DNA from: Elusimicrobiota bacterium
GTDB taxonomy: Bacteria > Elusimicrobiota > Elusimicrobia > UBA1565
Length of the DNA: 14,193 bases
Assembly (NCBI GenBank): GCA_043819795.1
Contig: JBDREN010000009.1
Location: 1-14,193 of the forward strand
Direction of reading: 5' to 3'
In this document: positions 1 through 7,600 of the stretch, piece after piece
Layout: each line of letters begins with the position of its first letter
Position numbering within the stretch: the stretch's first letter is position 1
The notes under the pieces: model-generated
What the model saw: only the letters and a program-made list of their open reading frames with translations
Database searches by the model: none
Told to the model about the DNA's origin: nothing
Program-made: the position numbers and the translations under genes

Positions 1-30
1 CCCGAAGGGGGAGAGGGTCAGGGTGAGGGG
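1..30. repeat. BoxC/REP-like palindromic repeat, left copy, cut by the window edge
   Basis: Sequence is CCC-GAAG-GGGGAGAGGG-TCA-GGGTGAGGGG. GGGTGAGGG (21-29) is the exact reverse complement of CCCTCACCC (412-420), and GGGAGAGG matches CCTCTCCC (444-451), so this copy is inverted relative to the one after the DUF559 gene. Confidence 0.7.
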
Positions 31-78
31 GGGAACTCATGGGGGTGTTCACTCGTATACGGTAACGAGGTATCGCCC

Positions 79-468
79 ATGAACCCGATAGACTTCGCTC
101 GCGGTCTCCGCCGGGACCCCACAGACGCCGAGGCCCGCATCTGGCGCCACCGGCGATCGCGAAGGCTGGCCGGATGGGAATCCCGCCGCCAGCACCCCAT
201 CGGCTCCTACATCGTGGACTTCCGCTGCGTCGAAAGCCGTTTGGTCGTCGAGCTAGACGGAGGCCAGCATCGAGAGCGCCGACAGTACGATAAGAAACGG
301 ACCGCCTTTCCGCGGTCGAAGGGGTGGCAGGTCCTCCGCTTCCGGGACAACGACGCCCTGCTGGAAACGGATTCCGTGCTGGGGGCGATTCTAGAGGCCT
401 TGCCCAACCAACCCTCACCCGCGCTTCGCCGCGCTCAGCGCGACCTCTCCCGCAAGCGGGAGAGGTGA
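79..468 (+). CDS. DUF559 / Vsr-like PD-(D/E)xK endonuclease-domain protein (YcjD-like), probably degenerating
   Basis: Family motifs ARxLRR-PTDAE, RRQHPIG.YIVDF.C, LVVELDGGQH, YD..RT and VLRF are present. Several normally conserved hydrophobic positions are substituted. The C-terminal ~18 aa are read through the downstream repeat, with the TGA stop at the end of its hairpin. Confidence 0.85.
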   Translation: MNPIDFARGLRRDPTDAEARIWRHRRSRRLAGWESRRQHPIGSYIVDFRCVESRLVVELDGGQHRERRQYDKKRTAFPRSKGWQVLRFRDNDALLETDSVLGAILEALPNQPSPALRRAQRDLSRKRER

Positions 469-534
469 TCCCGCCTCCCGCAAGCGGGAGAGGTAATCCC
501 CCCCTCCTCCCCCCGCGAAGCGGGGCAGAGGGGA
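412..534. repeat. Cluster of BoxC/REP-like hairpins (right copy plus tandem derivatives)
   Basis: CCCTCACCC at 412-420; small hairpin CGCGCT/AGCGCG at 420-442; perfect 11-bp inverted repeat ACCTCTCCCGC-AA-GCGGGAGAGGT at 443-466; 20-nt direct repeat CTCCCGCAAGCGGGAGAGGT at 447-466 and 475-494; third hairpin CCCCTC..CCCCGC-GAA-GCGGGG..GAGGGG at ~501-533. Confidence 0.8.
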
Positions 535-559
535 CATAACGGTTGTTGATGGGACACCC

Positions 560-596
560 AATCTCCAATGCCTCTCCGTCGGAGAGGCGGAGGATT
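560..596. repeat. GC-rich hairpin related to the same repeat family; possible bidirectional pause or terminator between convergent genes
   Basis: GCCTCTCC-GTC-GGAGAGGC at 570-588, extendable by AATCTCC/GGAGGATT. There is no U-tract, so it is not a classical intrinsic terminator. Confidence 0.45.
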
Positions 597-704
597 CAGG
601 AAGCCTTGCGGAAGTCAGGAAACTGCGCTTCGCCGGGCACGGCGCACGGCGACCCGCCATTCACGTCCCGTCACGGGATCTTCGGGATTTTCCGCAAACT
701 GCGC

Positions 705-1157
705 TTAATCCGGGGCCACGTAGTCGGAGTGCCGCTGCTGGAAGTACTGCAGGGCGAGCTTAGCGATCGAGTCCGACACATATAGGTCCGTGACGGACGC
801 GGGGCTTTGGGCGCCGCAGGCCGAGCAGGACCACGCCTCGCTGCCAGTGGCGGCCTTGAGGGGCAGCGCGCACTTCTTGCAGTGCGGCAGCCCCGATTTG
901 ACGCCCAGGACCTTCTTCTCCGCCGGCGAGGACGTGACGACCGGGAACCAGAGCACGTCGTAGCGCTCGATGCGGAACTCCCGCTCCACGGGCTTGGCGC
1001 GCAGGGCCGCGAGCTCGGCTTCGAGCGCGGCCGCGCGCCCTTGAGCGGGCTCCGTCACCGCCTTCTGGCCGCGGACCTTCGCGAAGAGCGACAACGCCGC
1101 GACGGCCAGGACCGCCGACACGGCCGCGAGGATCAAGACGATAGGGTCGAAAGCCAT
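705..1157 (-). CDS. Hypothetical membrane-anchored protein with a C-terminal CxxC...CxxC zinc ribbon (150 aa)
   Basis: N-terminal hydrophobic helix IVLILAAVSAVLAVAALSLF followed by basic residues, a short coiled segment, then PHCKKC-x13-CSACG. Third codon positions are strongly G/C. The RBS AAGGAG (1164-1169, minus strand) is 6 nt from the ATG at 1157 and abuts the ATG at 1163, so 1157 is the preferred start. Confidence 0.85.
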   Translation of the reverse strand: MAFDPIVLILAAVSAVLAVAALSLFAKVRGQKAVTEPAQGRAAALEAELAALRAKPVEREFRIERYDVLWFPVVTSSPAEKKVLGVKSGLPHCKKCALPLKAATGSEAWSCSACGAQSPASVTDLYVSDSIAKLALQYFQQRHSDYVAPD

Positions 1158-1290
1158 GGGCATCTCCTTTTCACCTCCGGTGCGTACACCGCTGGACCGG
1201 CCGCGCGCCCCGGGATCGAGTCCGTTGCGGGCATCGCCCGCCTATCCCTTAATCAAAAGCGGCCCGCGCCGACTCCCGCTTGGCCCTATC

Positions 1291-1299
1291 ATCATAGCA
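1291..1299 (-). promoter_or_regulatory. Putative extended -10 promoter for the zinc-ribbon gene
   Basis: The minus strand reads TG-C-TATGAT (TGn plus 5/6 match to TATAAT) in an AT-richer patch ~135 nt upstream of the start codon. No clear -35. Confidence 0.4.
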
Positions 1300-1419
1300 T
1301 AACGACGTAAAACGCGTGGTAATCCCGGAATCGGGCGAAATCCGATCCTCGCCGCCGGGGTCCGGGCGTCTCTCCTGGCGGATTATCGATACAAAACAAT
1401 CCTTTTCCCGCATCCGAAT

Positions 1420-1447
1420 GTAACATCCATGTTACTTGCGGTAACAC
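1420..1447. promoter_or_regulatory. Palindromic transcription-factor operator with a third half-site
   Basis: Perfect inverted repeat GTAACAT-CC-ATGTTAC at 1420-1435, plus another GTAACA at 1441-1446, 21 nt after the first. It lies just upstream of the -35 at 1457. Confidence 0.55.
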
Positions 1448-1456
1448 GCTTGTGAA

Positions 1457-1485
1457 TCGACAAAAAGCCCAACGGGGGCTATAAC
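1457..1485 (+). promoter_or_regulatory. Sigma70-type promoter for the riboswitch / giant-protein transcript
   Basis: TCGACA (1457-1462), 17-nt spacer, TATAAC (1480-1485): 5/6 match at both hexamers with ideal spacing. The predicted TSS (~1491-1493) falls just before the riboswitch P1 strand. Confidence 0.7.
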
Positions 1486-1494
1486 AAAGTGGGG

Positions 1495-1606
1495 GCGGGA
1501 ACGGCACCCTCCGGCGCAAGCCGGAGCTCGCGAAGCCAAGGGACGATCGGGTTCTACCGCACCATCGAAAACTTCGGACGATCGTCGGCCAGGCTACCGA
1601 ATCCGC
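1495..1606 (+). ncRNA. c-di-GMP-I (GEMM-I) family riboswitch aptamer, G20/G47/C92 (GGC) pocket variant
   Basis: P1 GCGGG(1495-99)/TCCGC(1602-06); GGCA at 1503-06; P2 CTCCGGC-GCAA(GNRA)-GCCGGAG at 1509-1526; junction CGCGAAGCC at 1529-37 (canonical CGCAAAGCC); AGCC(1534-37)/GGCT(1592-95); P3 GACGATCG(1542-49)/CGATCGTC(1579-86); 3' end GCCAGGCTACCGAA. It lies in the 5' UTR of a surface-protein gene, a typical context for the family. Confidence 0.85.
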
Positions 1607-1638
1607 GTAACAGTCAGACGTCAGGACCGGGTTGGGGG

Positions 1639-1662
1639 GCTGAGTCGTTTCGACGGCTCGGC
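1639..1662 (+). promoter_or_regulatory. UUCG-tetraloop hairpin in the riboswitch expression platform
   Basis: GCTGAGTCGT-TTCG-ACGGCTCGGC forms a 10-bp stem with two G-U pairs, so it is favoured on the + strand RNA. No following U-tract. Confidence 0.55.
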
Positions 1663-1679
1663 ATCGGTCACGGACGATC

Positions 1680-4600
1680 GTGCGCGGAATCGAAACGAAA
1701 GCAGGGATCAAGGGCGTACCTTTCTACCGGCTGCTGGTGACCGCGATCGCGGCGGCGCTGCCGGCGCTGCCCTGTGCCGCGGCGCCGGCGCCGGATTTTT
1801 TCACGGTCTCGGTACAGAAGACGGAGATCCGGTGGGGCTGGGAGTACGACGATCCCGCCGCGGTCGGATTCAGGATTTTCGGGGCTTCCTCACCGGAAGG
1901 CCCTTTCTCCTTGATCGCCGGCGCCGAGATCCTCGGCCCCCACGCGACCACCTACACCGAGACGGGCCTGACGCCGGGGTCGGAATATTTCCGGTACATA
2001 GCGGCCGTGAGCGGCGGCGGGCTGATGCGCGGCTCGATCGGTCTCCAGGTCCAGACCCCTGGACCGGGCCAGGGTTCCGAGAAGGTGTGGAGCGGGCGCG
2101 GGCGGAGCGGCAACGCTTCCGAGGGCGCCAACTGGCTGGGCGGTATGGTGCCCTCCGATCAGGAAGCCGTCCGGTTCGACGCGACCAATTCCACAAAATC
2201 CTGCCGTTGGGACCTGGATCGGTCGATCCTGTCGTCGCTCGCCATCAAGCCGGGCTACGGGGCGGCCGTGACGCTCGCGATACCGGACCTCACGATAGAG
2301 CGGGGCCTGCTCCTGGAAAGCGGGGTCTTGTCGTTTAACCGCGCGCATGTGACGGTGGGCGGCGGCTGGAGGCAGACGGCGGGGACGTTCATGGCGGGCC
2401 AGAGCACGGTGACGCTGGACACGTCGATCGTGAGCGAGCCCCTGGATGTCACCGCCGCGAGCCCCTTCCACCATCTGGTGATCGGGGCGGGGGAGCGGTG
2501 GGCCGTCGAGAGCGAGGTGAACTTCCTTTCGCCGCTGATCGTGACGGGGAACCTGACGAACAGAGCGAGCCGGGCCGGGAGGTTCTCGGGGGGGCCCGCC
2601 GTGATCCTGGGCGACATGAGGCTCTACGGTGAAGGGGCGGATTGGGCGACGGGGAGGTACCCGCTGACGGTCAAGGGGACGCTGCGGCTGCGCGGGGACG
2701 ATCTCGAGGTCAGCAGCACCCTGCGGCTGGGGACGGGAGTGCACATCGAAGCGGGGGGCGGGGAGTTCGTGCTCACCAACGGGGCGGTGATCACGAGCTT
2801 AGCCCCCGGCCAGAGGTTCTATTCGTTCATCGTGGAGGAGGGGGGATACCTGCGGCTGCTGCACGGCTCGATCCTGTCGCTGGACAGCGGGGGGATCCAA
2901 GTGCGCGGACCCATGTACTGGTTCTCCCACATAGCGAACATCACGTTCGATATGGTGGAGCCGGGCGCGACGGCGCTGAACTTCCTGTATGAGACGTGGT
3001 CGGAACAGCGCGTTTTCGACAACCTGACGTTCGCGGACCCCGGGATCGGGACGAACATCGCGGCGCCGAGATGGAAGGGCGGGGCCCAGATCATCGTCAT
3101 CGGGTTCGACGGCGTCCGGGGAGGGCCCTCCTTCGAGAACGACCCCCATGACTCGATCACGTGGGTGGGAGGCACGCGGCGGGTGTGGGCGGCGGAGACT
3201 CCCGGCCGGGCGTCCGACGGCGGCAACTGGAGCCCGGCGGGGACTCTGCAGAACGATGACGAGGTCGTCTTCGACGGCTCGGGCGGCGGCGATTGCGACT
3301 GGGACGTGGAAGGGATCAGCCTCTCGGCCATCGCGCTGGAGCCGGATTTCACGGGCACGGTGAGCCTGGCGGTGTCGGAGATGACGGTGCTCGAGAGCCT
3401 GACCCTCGCGGGAGGCCGGCTGTCGTTCAACGACGCGCATGTGACGCTGGCCGGCGATTGGACGCAGACGGGCGGGGTTTTCGAGGCGGGCCGGAGCACG
3501 GTGACGATGGATACGGCGCTTTTGGGCGAAGACCTGAGCGTCATGGCCCATGACCCCTTCCATCACCTGGTGATCGGCGCCGGTGGGCAATGGATCGATG
3601 AGCGGGCGGTGACCTTCCTCTCGCCGCTGACGGTGTCCGGGGACCTGACGGGAGGGGGGGGCAGGGCCGCGAACTTGTTGGGCGGGCCCACCGTGATCCA
3701 TGGCGACATGAGGCTGCAGGGCGGCGGGGCGGTTTGGCGGACGGGACCCCATTCGCTGGAGATCGGGGGGACGCTGAGGCTGGAGGGGAGCGACATCGAG
3801 GTGGACAGCACGCTGCGGTTGGGGACGGGCGTGCATCTCGAGGGTAGCGGGGAGTTCGCGCTCATCAACGGGTCGGTGATCACGAGCATAGCACCCGGAG
3901 AGAGCTTCTATTCGTTCATCGTCGACGAAGGGGCCTCCCTGCGCCTGGCGCGCGGTGCGATCCTTTCGCTGGACTCCGGCGGGATCCAGATGCGCGGGCC
4001 GATGCACCCCCTGTCCTATATCGGGAACATCACGTTCGATTCTCTGCAGCCCGGGGCGACGGCGCTGAACTTCCTGTACGAGGCGACGTCGGAGCAGCGG
4101 GCCTTCGACAACCTGACGTTCGCGGACCCGGGGATCGGGACGAACGTCGCGGCGCCGGGATGGTCGGAGTCGGCGCAGGTCATCGTTTCCGGTTTCGACG
4201 GGGCCCGGGGCGGGCCGGCCTTCGAGCTCGATCCCCACGACGTCATCGTCTGGATCGCCGATGACGGGAAGATCGCGGCTCTGCCCGAGGCTCTCGAGGA
4301 CCTGGCCGCCGCGGCTCTGGACGCTTCCTCCATCCGATGGACGTGGCAGGCCGCCGGCTCGGCGCTGAGCTACGACGTGTTCTCCGCGATCGACGCCTCC
4401 GCGCCGCTGGCCACGGTCACGGGCGCCAGCTTCACTCGGACGGGGCTCTCGACCAACACGGCCTTCGGCATCATGGTCCGGGGCGTCAACGAATGGGGAG
4501 CCGGCCGCATCGGCGCGCTCACGACCGCCTACACCTTGGCCGAGCGGCCGGACGGCCTGGAGATCACGGCCGCATCGTCGGACACGATCTCGCTGAGCTG

Positions 4601-7600
4601 GTCGCGCGCCTCCAATCCCGAGGGGACGGTCTTCGAGCTGCGGCGATCCGTCGGCGAGGGCTTCGTGCCCGTCCTGAGGGGCACGGCCACGTCCGTGCGG
4701 CAGACGGGGCTGCGACCCCTGACGGAGTACGCATTCATGGTCGGCGCGAGGAACGGCGATTCCGTCCCCACGGCGTTCACCGCCGAGGCGTCCACGATGA
4801 CGCTGCCTCCCGCGCCCGGCGAGCCGGCGGTCTCCGGCGGGACGGCGCTGGGGGTCTCTTCGATCAGCTGGACGTGGTCGCGGCTGCCGCACGCTTCCAG
4901 ATACAATGTGTTCCGGGCGTCCGACACCTCGGAGGCGCTGGCCACCACGGACTCGACGGCCTTCGTGTGGACGGGCCTCTCGGTGAACGCCGACTACGGC
5001 ATCGTCGTGCAGGGGCTCAACGAGATCGGCGGAGGCCCCCTGTCCGGGCCTTCGACCGCTCACACCCTGGCCGAGCGGCCGGACAGCCTTGAGGTCACGG
5101 CCGCATCGTCCGCGACGATTTCGCTGGCCTGGCCGGCCACCGCCAATCCCGCGGGGACGCTGTTCGAGCTGCAGCGGTCCGTCGGCGAGGGTTTCGTGAC
5201 CGTCCTATCGGGCACCGCCACGGCCGCCGAGCAGACGGGCCTGCGCCCCGGGACCCCCTACATCTTCAGGCTTCGCGCCCGGAACGGCGATTCGAGATGG
5301 ACCGAGTACGGCGCCGTGGCGTCGACCACGACCCTGCAGCTCCCGCCCGACGGATCGGCGGTCCCCGTGGGCGCCGCTCTGGGGGAGTCCTCGATCAGCT
5401 GGACCTGGGCGCCGCTGCCGCGCGTCTCGAGGTACGACGTGTTCCGGGCGTCGGACACTTCGGAGCCGCTGGTCTCCACGGTCTCGACGGGATTCGCGTG
5501 GGGGGGGCTGGCCCCCAACACGCCGTACGGCGTCGTCGTCCGGGGGATCAACGCGACCGGCGAGGGACCTCTGTCGAAAGCCTCGACCGCCTACACATTG
5601 GCCGAGCGGCCGGACGGCCTGGAGATCACGGCCGTATCGTCCGCGGCGGTCTCGCTCGCCTGGTCGGCCGCCGGCAATCCCCCGGGCACGGTCTTCGAGC
5701 TGCAGCGGTCCGTCGGCGAGGGTTTCGTGACGGTGCTCTCGGGCACCGCCGCCGCCGCCGCGCAAACGGGCCTGCGCCCGGCGGCCGCCTACGCCTTCAG
5801 GGTCCGCGCGCTCAACGGCGACCAGGTGCCGACCGGGTTCGGCGCCGAGGCCTCCGCCACGACCCTGCCGCCGTTGCCGGACCGCGTGGGGACTCCCGTC
5901 GCCGTCGCGCTCGGGGTCTCATCCATCGCCTGGACCTGGGGCGCTCTGCCGCACGCGGAGCGCTACGAAGTCTATTGCGCGTCGAGCCCGTCCGCGCCGC
6001 TCGGATCCGTCGCGGCCGCGAGCCACACCTTGACCGGGCTCTCGGTGAACGCCGCCTACGGGATCGTCGTCAAAGGGCTCAACGAGACAGGAGAAGGGCT
6101 GTTGTCGGAGCCGTCCACCGCCCATACCCTCGCCGCGCGGCCCGCCGGCCTCGTCATAACCGCCGTATCGTCCACCTCCATCGCGCTGGGTTGGTCGGCC
6201 GACGGCAACCCCGAAGGGACCGTTTACGAGGTCTGGAGGGATACGGGGGCGGGCTTCGCCGTGGCGGCCGCCACGACCCGGACCGATTTCGCCGTCCCCG
6301 GCCTCGCCCCCACGGGCGTCGTGGCTCACAAGGTCCGCGCCTTCAACCACGACTCGGTCCCGACCTCCTTCAGCGCGACGGTCTCGACGATGACCCTGCC
6401 GCCTCTGCCCGGCCGGCCGCAGACTCCCTCCGGCGTCGCCCTGGGCGTCTCCGCGATCGCCTGGACGTGGGCGGCCCTGCCTCATGCGGCCGGCTACGAC
6501 ATCTACTCGGCCTCGAGCCTCTCCACGCTTCTCGCTTCGGTCCGCTCGGCGAGCTTCGCGCGGGCGGGCCTCTCGGTGAACGCCGCCTACGGCATCGTCG
6601 TGCAAGCGGTCAACGCCTCCGGAAGAGGGCCGCTGTCCGGGCCGGCGACGGTCCACACCCAGGCGGCGCGGCCGGACGGACTCCGGATCACCGCCGTTTC
6701 GTCCACCTCGGTCACGCTCAGCTGGTCCGCCGGAGCGAATCCCGCTCCGACGCTCTACGAGGTCCACAGGGATACGGGGACGGGCTTCCTCGCGATCGGC
6801 TCCACGACGCTGCCGCGCTTCGCCGACGCCGGGCTCGCGCCGGAGAGCGCTTCCGCCTACCAAGTCCGGGCCTTGAACGGCGATTCCAAACCGACCGCCT
6901 TCAGCTCCGCGGTCTCGACGACCACCTTGCCGCCCGCGCTCGGCGCGCCTCGGACTCCCGCCGGCGACGCCCTGGGCGTCTCCTCGATCGCCTGGACGTG
7001 GGCGGCCCTGCCGCACGCCGCCGCCTACCGCGTCTACGCCGCCTCGGACACGTCGGAGCCCCTCGCCTCGGTGAGCTCCGCGGGCTTCACCTGGACCGGC
7101 CTCCCGGCCAACGCGGGCCGCGCCATCCTCGTCCAAGGGGTCAACGAGGCCGGGGCGGGGCCTTTGTCGGGAACCGCTTCGGCGCACACCCTGGCCGCGC
7201 GGCCGGCCGCCCTCGCCATCGCGGCCGTGTCGCCCGCCGGCCTCTCGCTCGTCTGGTCGGCCAACGGGAACCCGGAGGGGACGCTCTACGAGGTCCACCG
7301 GGACGCGGGGGCCGGCTTCGCGGCGGTCGCCGCTACGACCCTGACGGGCTTCCTCGACGCGGAGGCCGCGCCCGCGGGCGCCGTCCGCTACAGGGTCCGC
7401 GCGCTCAACGGCGCCTCGATACCGACCGGCTTCACCGCCACGTTATCGACCTCGGACCTGCCGCCCCTGCCCGGCCGCCCCGGGCCCCCCGCGGGCGCGG
7501 TCCTGAGCACCACCTCGGTCCTGTGGACCTGGTCCGCCACGGCGAGCGCCGACGGCTACAGGATCTTCCTCGCCGGCAGCACCGGGACCTGGCTCGGCTC

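Noticed and set aside
443..534. Repeated palindromes as a CRISPR array
   Set aside because: Only two near-identical units separated by 8 nt, no spacer-length unique sequences, and no cas genes.
1639..1670. Intrinsic terminator as the riboswitch platform
   Set aside because: The hairpin is followed by ATCGGTCA rather than a U-tract.
807..1740. ORFs 807-1310 (+), 1292-1711 (-) and 1489-1740 (+)
   Set aside because: They overlap the zinc-ribbon gene antisense or the promoter/riboswitch region and lack protein-like features.
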